DNA of 59,369 nt, filler included, from Nemertoderma westbladi (lineage: Eukaryota > Animalia > Xenacoelomorpha): NCBI GenBank assembly GCA_032718475.1. It is 3 parts of 3 records of this genome, joined end to end, with 100 filler letters (N's around TTAATTAATTAA, not from the genome) between each part and the next. Parts side by side here need not be neighbours in the genome. Positions count along the whole stretch, not along the records: positions 1 to 14,902 come from JAUCBJ010007078.1; 2 more parts are not named here. One strand, given 5' to 3'. Of the stretch, positions 1 through 12,414 are shown piece after piece. Under the pieces are notes generated by a model. It made no database searches, was not told where the DNA came from, and saw nothing but the letters and a program-made list of their open reading frames with translations. The translations under genes were made by a program, and so were the position numbers. Numbering within the stretch: the stretch's first letter is position 1; the number at the start of each line of letters is the position of its first letter.

Positions 1-249
1 TTAAATTCATGCCTTTTAATGAATTTAATAAATTGCCATTTTACGCAATTTATAAAGTTCCCAAAATTCCATTAATTAATAGATCAAGGGAGCGGAGATT
101 TATATTATTACTAGAAAGCCTGTGGCCCTTCGGGCCACAGCTTTCTAGTGCACGTGCAGATGATATATGAATATGTGTGGGAGATTTGAGAACTGCATAC
201 GGAACAGACACCATCATTAAATAAAACACCACCCCCATAAGAGATAACT

Positions 250-2310
250 GTCAAGTTTCAACTTTAGGCAGATTGTAAATAACAAAATTTCCAGAAAATG
301 ATCACTTTCAGATCCACCCTCTACCTGCGGACTGGTGAAATGCAGACGGCGCTGCAGTTTGGTAAAGATTGGGTTTATGGTGAAGTAAAATGCCTGCCTT
401 TCAAGTTTCAGCTTAAACAGATTGTAAATAACAAAATTGGTGTAGATGTTCACATTCAGACATTTCACCCTCTAGCGGTAGACTGAAGAACTGTAGACGA
501 CTCTGGGACTCCGTAAAGATACAGAATATGCTGTAGTAGACTCCTGCCAAGTTCCAGCTCAATAGGATTAAAAAGAACCAAATGGGATGAGGTGTTCACT
601 ATCAGATATTTCGCCCTCTAGCGGCAGATATGGACTGCCACCAGCGGGGATCGAACCCGCGTCTCCCGAAAAACGTTCAGTTATGCTAACCACTTAGAAC
701 TCTGTGACTCCGAAAAGGTACAGCCTATGCTGTAGTAGAAGCCTACCAAGTTTCAGTCTAAACCGTTAGTAAATAACAAGTTGGAGAAGATGTTAACTTT
801 CAGACATTTCACCCTCTAGCGGTAGACTGGGGAAGTGAATAGGATTCTGCAACCCCGTAAAGATACAGCCTATGATGTAGTAGATACCAACCAAGTTTCA
901 GCTCAAAATGATTAAAAAGAACCAAATGGGATGAGGTTTTCACTATCAGACAATTCGCCCTCTAGCGGCTGACTGTGGAACTGTAGATGACTCTACTACT
1001 CCGCAAAGATATAGCCTATGCTATAGTAGATGCCTACCAAGTTTCAGTCTAAAAGGATTGTAAATAACAAAGTTGGAGGAGATGTTAACTTTCAGACATT
1101 TCGCCCTCTAGCGGTAGACTGGGGAATTGTAGACGACTCTGCGACTCAGTAAAGATACAGCCTTTGCTGTAGTAGATGCCTACCAAGTTTCAGTCTAAAC
1201 GGATTGTAAATAACAAAGTTGGAGAAGATGTTAACTCTCAGACATTTAGCCCTCTAGCGGTAGACTGGGGAATTGTAGACGACTCTGTGACTCAGTAAAG
1301 ATACAGCCTTTGCTGTAGTAGATGCCTACCAAGTTTCAGTCTAAACGGATTGTAAATAACAAAGTTGGAGAAGATGTTAACTCTCAGACATTTCGCCCTC
1401 TAGCGGTAGACTGGGGAATTGTAGACGACTCTGCGACTCAGTAAAGATACAGCCTTTGCTGTAGTAGATGCCTACCAAGTTTCAGTCTAAACGGATTGTA
1501 AATAACAAAGTTGGAGAAGATGTTAACTCTCAGACATTTAGCCCTCTAACGGTAGACTGGGGAATTGTAGACGACTCTGCGACTCAGTAAAGATACAGCC
1601 TTTGCTGTAGTAGATGCCTACCAAGTTTCAGTCTAAACGGATTGTAAATAACAAAGTTGGAGAAGATGTTAACTTTCAGACATTTCGCCCTCTAGCGGTA
1701 GACTGGGGAATTGTAGACGACTCTGCGACTCAGTAAAGATACAGCCTTTGCTGTAGTAGATGCCTACCAAGTTTCAGTCTAAACGGATTGTAAATAACAA
1801 AGTTGGAGAAGATGTTATCTCTCAGACATTTAGCCCTCTAACGGTAGACTGGGGAATTGTAGACGACTCTGCGACTCAGTAAAGATACAGCCTTTGCTGT
1901 AGTAGATGCCTACCAAGTTTCAGTCTAAACGGATTGTAAATAACAAAGTTGGAGAAGATGTTAACTTTCAGACATTTCGCCCTCTAGCGGTAGACTGGGG
2001 AATTGTAGACGACTCTGCGACTCAGTAAAGATACAGCCATTGCTGTAGTAGATGCCTACCAAGTTTCAGTCTAAACGGATTGTAAATAACAAAGTTGGAG
2101 AAGATGTTAACTCTCAGACATTTAGCCCTCTAACGGTAGACTGGGGAACTGTGGACAACTCAGTGACTCCGGAAATATACAGCCTATGCTGCTGCTGCAG
2201 TATATAGCAACCAAGTTTCAGCTCAAAAGCATTAAAAACAACCCAATGAGATCAGGTTTTCAGTATCGAACAATTCGCCCTCTAGCGGCAGACGGTGGAA
2301 CTTCAGACGG
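250..2310. repeat. 146-bp tandem satellite inside the Helitron (homogeneous core about 1020-2160, diverged edge units)
   Basis: CAGACATTT recurs at 1093, 1239, 1385, 1531, 1677, 1823, 1969 and 2115 (period 146). Confidence 0.95.
636..708 (-). pseudogene. Degenerate tRNA-like / SINE-head sequence within one satellite unit
   Basis: Minus strand reads ...TTCTAAGTGGTTAG (A-box-like)...GCGGG-TTCGATC-CCCGC (perfect T-arm/B box)-TGGTGGCA. The D and anticodon arms are imperfect. Confidence 0.4.
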
Positions 2311-3064
2311 CTCTGAGTATTACGTTGCAACAAGTTAGGGCAAGACCTATCTAACGAGCTATAGTAAGCGAGATTTCATCGAGATTAGATGTATAATATT
2401 AGATAAAATAATAATACAGTAAGTATAGGCCTACAGAAATAATTATTTTACTTTTAATATTCATAACAGTAAAACAAAAATGTTATAAACCTCTCCTTTT
2501 CCATGCAGCCAATGATTGAGAAAGCAGAATTACTCTGAGCAATTCGCAACAGACAACCCAAACCCACCCCAATCAACACTCCAGCCTGCTTGCTCCTTAT
2601 CTGTGCCCAGCCAGCTAGCTGCGAGTTCAATAATTACCTTAACGTTGCTATGATACAGAAAACAATCCTTCCCTATTCAATACCAATAGGCCAATTCGAT
2701 CGTGCTTGGCGAATATGACATATTTATACACTATTTGGTTTTTAATCAATAAATAATCATACATATTTATATTAAACACTCGAATAAAATAAAAACTTTG
2801 TGAGAATGGGACACGGCGAATCTACTCATGTTAATTTTATACCAGATGGGATAAATGTTAGCCCTCTAAATAATTAATTACCGATAGAAGAACCGAAATA
2901 ATTCGATAAATTTCGCCCGAAAATCACGAAAATCGCCCTCTAGCGGCAGACGGGTGAACTTCAGACGACTCTGAGTATTACGTTGCAACGAGTTAGAGCG
3001 AGACCTTTCTAACGAGCTATAGCAAGCGAGATTTCATCGAGATGGGTTCGATTGTATAGCTGAT

Positions 3065-3068
<4 letters not shown>

Positions 3069-3096
<28 letters not shown>
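3069..3096. repeat. (CAGA)n microsatellite near the Helitron 5' end
   Basis: cagacagacagacagacagacagaca. Confidence 0.95.
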
Positions 3097-3760
3097 ATCG
3101 AGATTTATATATATTAGATGTGTATGCGTGTACGAAAGTCTCCCAAACATAGTCAATAGCCGATAAAATTCATAAAGTCATGTATAAAACCGAACATTGA
3201 CTATTAAAGAATACTATTAAATAACATCCCAGATCTGTATGCATTGGAACTACCCTAATTCTACCGCTAGCTTTGCATAATGTCACCATAGCAACAACCA
3301 CGCTAGAATTAGAATTGAGTTAACGAACAATAGAAAGCCTGTCCCATTGAATAGCATAGGGAATAAATAGCGCACTACTAGTATCCAAGGATACATAATA
3401 ATACAGTGACATTCTGGAAGGCATTGACTAACGGACAAATGGCCCGAATGTGTGTAATTTGTGACAAGTTGTGTGTGTGGTATTTGTGAGTTTATAGGTG
3501 AATGTTACTGCTAAGGTGTGTTTACAGTAGCTAGTCGCAATCGTAAAAGTAACCTAACTCTCCAAGGAAAACCTGAAGTACATCTAAGTCTTTGGGACGG
3601 ACAGTCGAGTGACTTGTGTCGGTTGTCGTTGTCGTTGTGCGGCTACGTCGTTGGCGAAAGTACAGCGGCGACGACACATCGGCGCTGAGGATCTCGTACT
3701 GTCCGGGGGTTAATTGGAGTAGGCAGCGACGCTCGCTAGCCTGAATATAAACTCCTTATA

Positions 3761-5072
3761 ATGTGGATAAACTCATATATAGCAGACATGATGGAGTTGA
3801 TAGCAGATGTTCTTGGTATCGGGGAGCGATATACTCTACTTTTGCAAGCGTTTGTTGATAGCTTAATACGCGGCGACGTTAGTCCAACTGCTGCGGAGGA
3901 CGATGGTCGTTATATCGAACCGCCAATGTCCCAAGAGCAGCTCGCGCGCGAGTTGGACTATAGAAAATTCGCTGCTCGATATACGCAGCGTAATGGTACG
4001 TATGTGGTCTTCTTAACTACTGGTCATCCTATCGATTTACACAATACGGACTATGTCGACTATATATCCTGCCCAGCGGAGTCGGAACCATAAACTGAAA
4101 TTCGAATGCGAAAATTCTATTCGAAATCGACTCGAAAGAAAAGACACTAAAGAAACAAATGGACGCGGTAACTCCAACGTATATTTGGAATTCTTGATAG
4201 AAGCATTGTAACAACAAATAAATATCACCCGCGTTTCCCCTACCAGACGTGCGTCTTTGGTATTATTACGATAAACGCCCTAGACCCAAATAATAAACGG
4301 AAAGACATAAACATCCATGTAAACCGAAACTTGTTGACGTATCACCTATGCTCACTCGGCTCGAACGATCCTGGAGTAAACCTACGATCATAGTCCCGGA
4401 ATACTCGGTCAAACCTCCTCATTCCTTAGTTGGACCTCAGACCTGCGATCCTGGTGGTGTCGCGGATCCTCGCGGACTGTATTCACTGTTCAAAGATCTA
4501 GTGCTACCCTAACAATTAATCGGTAACACTCCGACAGTGATTTCTAGCTAGCCGCCCATCTTACCTAGCTGGATTATGACGCAGACACCTAATATCATTA
4601 TCCAACCGTATGGTCGTCCCGTTTAACGCGATACAACCCTTCATCAAAGTGAAGGAGAGCGTTGTACGAAACGAGTTAAACGCTATTCTATAAAGATCAA
4701 AAAAGAAACCTGCGTTTGTTCAGATAAACGTAAGTTATAACAGTAAGTCCAATCGATAAACGAATTGTCTTTATCTCAGTTCGATTGTGAAATCCAGAAT
4801 CTCTAAGAAGATATCGCACTTAGACAACCCCATTCTCTGCGAGAGTTTTTAGATGAACGTATCCAGCTACGAGCGGAGGAAAATCAGCTCGAGGAGAAGC
4901 ATATCGAAACGGCGGATACCCCGACCACAATCCTACACCTTCTGATGCAATCATATTGCACCCTTCACCCAGGAGTTATGGCCCTCCTAGTAAAGTGGCT
5001 CCCCCCAAAGAGAAAAAGACTCTTGCTAGCCTCAAAAAACTGCGTAAACGCCGTCTGCGTAAGAAAGACTAA
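3761..5072 (+). pseudogene. Decayed ORF of unknown function in the 3' internal region of a family-A BEL element
   Basis: CpG-rich coding-like stretch: a 110-aa ORF (3761-4093), then broken frames ending ...LASLKKLRKRRLRKKD* (TAA 5070-5072), about 70 bp before the PPT-like GGGAGCGG and the LTR start at 5151. Confidence 0.45.
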
Positions 5073-5150
5073 CTGTTTAGAGTATCTTTATGTTTTAGAA
5101 ACTGTGATTTTTATATTTTATAGACTGAAAATCCCATTTTCTGGGAGCGG

Positions 5151-6356
5151 TGTAAAAGCTTTTACTGAATTGTCCGGTTATTTTTCCTTATTTTTCCCGT
5201 AAAGTACTCTGTAGTTGGTTTACCAGGCATAAAAAGGCCGTGTCCTTGCTGTACTGGTGTTTTAGCGGACATAAGAGCTATTTCTTCTGTATTTGTACTT
5301 TAGAGGACATAATCCGTAATTCCGTGACGTAAAAGCTCGATACTCTTGAAAACAGTGTCGCTACCATGACGACAGCTAGCAGCTGATATTGCCACGTCGA
5401 CGTTTCTTTGTTTCTCTGTTCTCTCGTTGTTCAGGTTGACCAATCAGAGCGTTTGTTGTCTTTGTGTTGGAGGTATATACAGAAACTCAGTAGTTCAGTG
5501 TTATGTTTTTGCCCAGAGCCTAAGAACCGGCTTTGGCACCTCCGTGTTTTAGTTTTTAGTCTTACACTAGTAGGTTTAATTATAAAGGGCATATATCCTT
5601 TAACTCATGGAATCACTGCTGACTGATCATACATGCTGACTGCTGAAACATTGCAAACTCATAACAATCAGTGTTTTCATTGTTGTTTTATACTGCTATT
5701 TACCGTCAGTTCTTCATAATATGGTTGATGAATAATTATATTTGGAATAACGATAAATAACCCCGAAACCCAATATTCTTGATATACCGAAGGTAAGAGA
5801 GAAGGGTTACAGATAAACGATTGTGACTTATGTTAAAGTGGTTCGAAGTGAATCTAATGTTATTTGATAGACCCTACATGAGTCAGTCTGTGTTCCTTTT
5901 ATATGTGACTAAAATCAGTGAAGATTGGCAGATTAGTGTGCAGTATTGTGCAGCATTGTGTATGAGTGAGTCTGTTAAAGAAACATTTCCTAAAGAATGT
6001 GCCATATATGTGAATTATAATTAAGCCATATCGTTGTGAGTAGTTTAAGTCATAACTCTGTTTATATAGATAAAGCGCCACGTCCTAAAGGAACTGTTAA
6101 TATTCCCGAAGGTGAATAATATTGTCAGAGATTATATAATACTGTCAGTCGAATAATACATTAGGCTTACATAGCAACAAAATTAAACCGTCGAACCCAA
6201 TCTCCCGGGAATATCCAGCGGGTGAATGGTCGCGCACGGATTGGTTTCGACTAGTGTAGTAAATCAAATACTTGTCATAGGCTAAAAAGCGATTTAATAT
6301 CTAGAAGACATCTTAATTTGGCGGGTTAAACTGCCAAAGGTCTGAAAGCGCGAACA
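5151..6356 (+). mobile_element. LTR, BEL/Pao family A (3' LTR)
   Basis: TGTAAAAG...GCGAACA, preceded by a purine tract. Homologous in inverted orientation to 22514-23769, which heads the family-A gag. Confidence 0.8.
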
Positions 6357-7034
6357 CCCCCTACCCCCCTCCCCAACCCCCACCCCCCCCCCCCCCCCCC
6401 CAATAACTTCCTTCCAGGTGCAGCATCTTGGCAGCACTAGCACCTGCTATTGCCTGGATGCTGCAGCATATATATAAATACAATAAGTCAAGTATATACA
6501 GTATAAGTGATTGTGTATTGTGAATATTCAAATGGAAGTAATTGTTGGAAAGAAATTAAATTAGAAATTAGAAATTAGGGGGGGGGGGCAGCAGAAGCCC
6601 CACGAGCATCGGCAGATAATACGCGCGGTGAGTTAAGTGAACTGTGGCACCTGACGACGGAGGATAATAGGCGGGCAACGGATATCCACGAGGCCGTACA
6701 ACCGGGCAGATGGAGGGACGTTGGTGCCGTAAGCGGCCAAACGAGAAAACGTTGAGCCCACTCGGAAGACGGAAGGAGAACAGTAGAGTTCATCCGGGAG
6801 GTCGATATGAGAACTCAAAGAAGGAGGGCATAGCGCTGAAACCAGAAGAAGTGAGGAGGAACGAGGAAACGTTGCTACGGGAAACCAGAGACATCGAGAG
6901 AGGACGGACAGTGAACCGTCGATAGTCGAACTAGAGAGAGAGAGTGCCGGTGGGGTCGTACTTCGGGAGATTGCCGTCGCCCCGGAGAAACACAACCTGG
7001 TGAAATATACCACACACCGGGAGAGGGGTACAGA

Positions 7035-8395
7035 GTGCACCGATACGAGGAGGAAACTTCCCGTCGGAAAGTAGCTGCCGATCGAGGATATGGTAGTCGC
7101 AGGGAGGAGTTCTCGGAATATTCGAGAAGATTAAACTTCGATCCGGAGGGACACAGGCAGACTGCAGGACATACTGTAGGTCTTACTGCACATACTATAG
7201 GCCATGCTGGGAGAGATAGTGTAGGCGATAGGGTAGCGCGAATGCCGGGATTGGACCCGGAGGTCGCGGCGTACATACCGGTGTGTAGGCAAGAACCTGC
7301 TAGGCCTATACTGGTACCTGCACACCAGTATGACTATAATATGCAGGGATACAATACATACCCAGGGGAGGGGGGGGGGGGGGTGGTATTGCAGATGGTG
7401 TATGAGCCCCAATATAATGACATCTACCCCAGTGCTAAATATAACATCGGCGGGGGGGGGGGGACAGGGTGACAATCCCCCATTACAGTATCCGCAATAC
7501 ACACAACCAAAATTAAAAACCCCGACCCCCTCAGATCCAAATAGATCGTGTGACACGGAGATATGGAGGGGACCGCTACCCCCAATGATATATCCTACTC
7601 AGGGAAAGTCGACGAACCCGAGGGGCGAAGCACAGCCAACGTTGAAGGAGCCTGCATCAGATCCAAATAGATCGTGTGACACAGAGATATGGAGGGAACC
7701 GCTACCCCCAATGATATATCCCACTCTGGGAAAGTCGACGAAACCGAGGGGCAAAAGCACAGCCAACGTTGAAGGAGCCTGCATCCCAACCGTCAAGCGT
7801 GCTGGAAGTTCAAGCGATGGGAATGGCAACACTCATCGACGCGCTGAAAACTAGAATTGAGCTACCACCCGTGGAGCCTTTCAAGTTTGATGGTAGCAAG
7901 CCGGAAGAATATCTACAGTTCCGGAGGATGTATAGTAATGAGATTATGACAAAAACAAGTCTATACAGGGGGGCCAGCTTACGACATCGTGAGGCAATAC
8001 CAAGGTATTGAAGGAGGATTCATGACCGCATGGAGAGCCCTGGACATGGAATTTGGCCATCCTGCGAAGATTATCCGACAAACCCTAAGGGGAATAACAT
8101 CAGGCGGACTCACAGATTACCCCATTAGCATCAAGACTTTCGCTAACAAAGTAGAGAAAGCGCTGATAGTGTTAAAGGCCCTAGATGCACCTTACGAACT
8201 CAATGCATCGAACAACATCACCACGATAGCGCAGGCACTACCGATTTGGCTAAGAAACAAATGGAGAAAGATCGCTTTCTCCACTCGAGAAAAGAAAGGT
8301 GCAGAGCAAGGGCTGGAGGAGATGTCGAACTTCCTTAACTACGAGGCAGAGCTAATAACGGATCCAGTCTATAGTGAGGACAGTCTAGGCAAGGT
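7035..8395 (+). pseudogene. gag: BEL gag (DUF1759-like), frameshifted
   Basis: ORF pieces 7035-7472, 7330-7854, 7769-8011 and 7989-8414. Frameshifts at poly-G tracts; 126-bp internal duplication (7531/7657). Zinc knuckles missing. Confidence 0.85.
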
Positions 8396-8409
8396 ACTGA
8401 AACTACCAA

Positions 8410-9853
8410 TCTAACTCTAGAGAATTCATGGAAGCCATAGAGGATAAACAACCGGAGGTAAAAATAGATAAACCTATGACGGTAAAGGAGCAGATCATGG
8501 CGGACAAGAGAATAGAATCGCAGCAGAAGGCACTAGGGATCGTATGGAACCGGGAGACAGATGAGTTAGAGTATTAACTAAGTCAGGAGGGTGCTGGGAT
8601 CCATACTAAACGAGGCTATGTGTCATACATAGCGAGGATTTACGATACACTAGGTCTAGCGTCCCCGTTGTTGGTCATGGGGTAACAAATATTGAAGAAG
8701 GTCTACAAGATTAAAGACGACTGGGACGCAGAGGTCCCAGTGGAGATGAGCAAACAGTGGGAGAAATGGACAGGGAGCCTCGAAGAAATGGGGACTTATA
8801 GTATGCCACGAGTATACTTCCCGGATGGGGACATGAGCGATTTAGAACTACATATGTTCTCCGATGCATCCCTGGAAGCATATGGTGCGGCACTTCATTT
8901 GATACAGAGGAAGGGGACTCATAAGCCCAGGCTTGCGTTTAGTAAAGCGAGGTTGACGCCACCAGATTCAGAATCAGTGCCGAAACTCAAGCTAACGACT
9001 GCGAGACTAGGAGTGAGAGCGACAGCATACTTGGTGGACACGATACCAAGTATAGTAGAGACACACTATTGGACAGATTCCATGGTAGTGTTGGGATGGT
9101 TGCATAACGAGAAGATGCGTTATCCCATATTTGTGGTGAATAGAGTGGATGGGATAAGAGCAACATCAGACTTGGAGAAGTGGCACAACTGCCCAACTGA
9201 CGAAAATCCAGCGGATCTGCTATCAAGGGGCATTGTAAGCCACGCTTTCTCGAGGAAGCAGGAGTTGTGGCAGCATAGCCCGCACTTCCTTAACGACAGG
9301 TCGAACTGGCCACTGATGAGGAAGTTAGATCCAAGTACAGAGGAAGTGACAGTGGAGGAGGAGGGAGAGGAATCAGAAGGGGAGGAAATATTTAGTCAGC
9401 TAGTGAGGGAGGTTAAGGAGGTGCCACCATAATCAAAGGCGATAGAGTTATGCGATAACCCAACAGATAGGCTGCTCAGTTACAGCTCCAGCTGGTACAA
9501 GACAAACAAGCTTGTAGCATACCTGAGGGCAATGCCAGACGGCAGTTACAGCTCCAGCTGGTACAAGACAAACAAGCTTGTAGCATACCTGAGGGCAATG
9601 CCAGACGTGCCAATGGATGAAGAAGGAGAGGGCCGTACAGGATATGGCGCCATTGCCGACCAACAGGGTGAGGCATCACGACCCACCGTTCACACACTGT
9701 GGCGTGGACATGTTCGGGCCGATTAATGTGATGCGGCATATGGAGAAACGCTACGGCATTATCTTCGTCTGCAATAATACGAGGGCAGTGGGGATAGAAC
9801 TAGCTCAGGACGCCACGGCGTCGGCATTTATTAATGCGCTGGAGAGGTTCTGA
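8410..9853 (+). pseudogene. pol: BEL pol remnant (end of RT, RNase H, partial integrase)
   Basis: Motifs SNSREFM, ALGIVWN, TKRG..S.IARIYD.LG, FSDAS, WTDS, NPADLLSRG and GVDMFGP. Stops and a 66-bp duplication (9477/9543). Protease and RT core absent. Confidence 0.9.
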
Positions 9854-10099
9854 TGGGTACAGATGTACTAACGTACATAATATATAGGTGTAGGTAGTTA
9901 CAATTATGTACGTCGGACGAGTACAAATGTACCAATGTACCTAATTTACATATGCACTATTGTGGGCACTGAGGGCGCCACGTGAGGAGTTGAGGGGGGG
10001 TATGTATGCATACCGTAGTAGAAGGGTACATAGTACCATAAATACGTAATACGCACTATTGTGGGCACTGAGGTCGCCACATGAGGAGTTGAGAGGGGG

Positions 10100-11509
10100 T
10101 ATGGCGATGGGCCAACTGATGGGACTCGTCTGCCACAAGCCGATGGACTGGAACAAGTTCAGGGAGGAATACGGAGCGGAACTTGCAAACTCACTCAAGT
10201 GGGGAGCGAGACTGGGGAAGGTTGAGCTATATCACTCTGGAAGGGAGCGATAAAGATATGTCAGAAGAGATATATCCTACACGAGGACTGGATAATGATA
10301 GGTTTACTAAACCTATTCATCACGGTGATTATTGGCAGGGAGCCAACAGCGTTTCTACTATCGGGATCACCTCTGAGCCACAGGAAAGCCTTTAAGGTGG
10401 CCCTAGAAGGTCTTGTAGACCACCCGGGGCTGAAGGGTGAGTCGGTATATTACAATACCCAACACCTGGTGGACAGAGAGGTAGACACACCGTACAAGCA
10501 ATGGGAGAAACAGGAGGCGGATAGGGTTGAGGAGAGGAGACTAGAGGAAGTCGCCAGGAGAGAGAGAAGGGAGGCAGCAGGCAGAGAGGCAGATATAAGG
10601 GGAGGGGAGTAGGAGTTCGAAGCACAAGACTTGGACGAGTTGAGGTGGGGATTGGAGACCTCGGGCGAGTTTCGGCTGTGGGGCGAACTGGGTTGGATGG
10701 AAGAGACACCGATACAGTCGACATCAGGGCTGCAAGGAATGCCGATGCCTGCGGGGTCTGAGGGCAACTTCGGAAGGAAGAGACCGAGGGAGGTAGAAGG
10801 GTGGAAGACCATGGGCGAAAACCAGGCCGGAAAGGGACACAGTGGATTAACTGGGATCCCGGGTTTGGATCCACTCCCGGCAGGGGATGAGGAGGAGGAC
10901 GAGTTTGGGGCGATGCCACCGATAGAGAGGATCGGCCACTCAGACACGGACTGGGTGGATGGGAGAGTGGTGACAGCCAGCGGGGCGAGAGCCTTCTGGG
11001 ACGCACCCGGCAAGCGGACCTGGGAGCACGGGGAGCCGGCAACGGACTTCCCGTCAAACACGATCCGACTGGGCGAGCAACCGGGACGGCACCACGGGTA
11101 GTGTTTGGAGAAACGATGCCGAGGGAGGAGGAGGACATCGATATGGGTAGGGAAGACAACGTCGAGATGTTTACCAACCAGCGGCTCCACAGACTCAGGA
11201 GGCTACGTGGAGCCAAGGACGACTTGGGGCGAGAGACAATGATAGACGGTTGCGATTACTATGGGAGACTAACCCATCACCAAAAGAACTGTCTATACTG
11301 TTACCAGAATGGGATGGCATGTCTTTACTGCCGCGAGTCTACGCACAGGATGGGCGCGTGCCCGAGGTTGCACCACAAAGTGCAAGTTTAGGGGGCACTT
11401 TGAGCGCCAGTGTGACTGGGTGGAGGACGGGGAGAAGTTTCGCATTTTCGAGGAGTGGGCCGACGTCGGAGTCATGACACGACAAAGGATGAAGGCCCAG
11501 GAGTACTAA
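10100..11509 (+). pseudogene. Accessory ORF between pol and the 3' LTR with a C-terminal Cys/His array
   Basis: Consecutive sense ORF pieces 10059-10253, 10295-10612, 10631-11101, 11101-11391 and 11309-11509. Ends CDYYGRLTHHQKNC..CLYCRESTHRMGACPRLHH/KCKFRGHFERQC. Confidence 0.6.
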
Positions 11510-11603
11510 GAGTACCAAAGAATACTAGATTGGATTCCAGCGGAATGGAAGCGCACTTAAGGTTGATGCTATCTTCTCACCGGGAAGATAGCATGGGGGG
11601 GAG

Positions 11604-12100
11604 TGTAAGCGGATTCAATTCCCTGCACTACCCAGCGGAAAATGGGCAAAGTGGCATTTTACCAATTATAGTTGAGAAGGTGACATTACTAATATAATGT
11701 CACCTAATAACCAACTTAGGCGATACACATCGCCAGCCACAAAGAAAGTTGAGAGGTCATAAACCATCTCAAAGGGACAAAGGGGCTAGCAGGGCTAGCA
11801 CGTGGGGACAGTGGCAGCAGGGAGTGGCGAGATGGAAATTAATTAGGTTAACCAATGATGGGAGGGGAAAACAGGTGATTTGAACGCATCTATTGGCCAG
11901 GCCGCTCAGTACAGTAGGAGTAATTAATATGTGTTAACAATATAACCGTTGTACTTGTTGATTATGTTTCAGTTGGTATCTGTAGAGTTGTGATACCGTC
12001 ACATGGCCTAAATCAGGCACCGTACTAAAGCAGCCTACGGTGTAGCCTAGCTAGGCCTATATCACCTTAATATACATTACACACATGACGATGTCTTACA
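11604..12100 (+). mobile_element. 3' LTR of family B
   Basis: PPT GGGGGGGAG directly precedes TGTAAG. Ends CTTACA (6-bp terminal inverted repeat). Similar 5' ends at 36656 and 54093. Confidence 0.8.
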
Positions 12101-12414
12101 TTGAAACACAAAAATAAATGTACTAACGGAATATGTACTGTACGAAATAAATACTGAACGGAACACTGTACTGTTTGTGTATATCCACTAACTTACCCGT
12201 GATTGTTGAAATGGATGTCAAGGCTATGAACCAGAGAATTAACATTCTGGTAGTTTGACGAAACGGCAACATCTGCAACATTATAATATCACTTTAATTT
12301 GCTGTATGGTACTGGCTCAGTATAATGATTGAAATACCTGATAGAATCCTTAAACTTGATGCCATTTAACTTCTAAAATTAAATTTTGGAATTCCACTAA
12401 ACATTGTGGGGAAG

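Larger units (their letters stand above)
111..3118 (-). mobile_element. Non-autonomous Helitron-like element carrying a tandem array
   Basis: Minus strand starts A|TC (3118-3117) followed by a (TCTG)n microsatellite. It ends with hairpin CTGTGGCCC-gaa-GGGCCACAG (120-140), then CTAG|T (114-111). These are canonical Helitron termini at an AT target. No Rep/Hel ORF. Confidence 0.75.
6575..12100 (+). mobile_element. BEL/Pao LTR retrotransposon family B, 5'-truncated and internally deleted
   Basis: Gag DUF1759-like region (KFDGSKPEEYLQFRRMY; AWRALDMEFGHP), Pao-type RNase H region (KALGIVWN, LHMFSDASLEAYGA, WTDSMVVLGW, NPADLLSRG), integrase fragment (PFTHCGVDMFGP, RAVGIEL, FINALERF), PPT and 3' LTR. 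Confidence 0.9.

Noticed and set aside
250-2310. Regular repeats as a CRISPR array (also 14507, 46266, 53039)
   Set aside because: Head-to-tail units with no unique spacers, no cas genes, and a eukaryotic context.
5830-6081. Short ORFs duplicated at 22789-23040
   Set aside because: Chance ORFs inside two copies of the same LTR.
10392-11216. Long minus-strand ORFs (274 and 246 aa)
   Set aside because: Ser/Pro-rich antisense shadows of purine-rich sense coding sequence.
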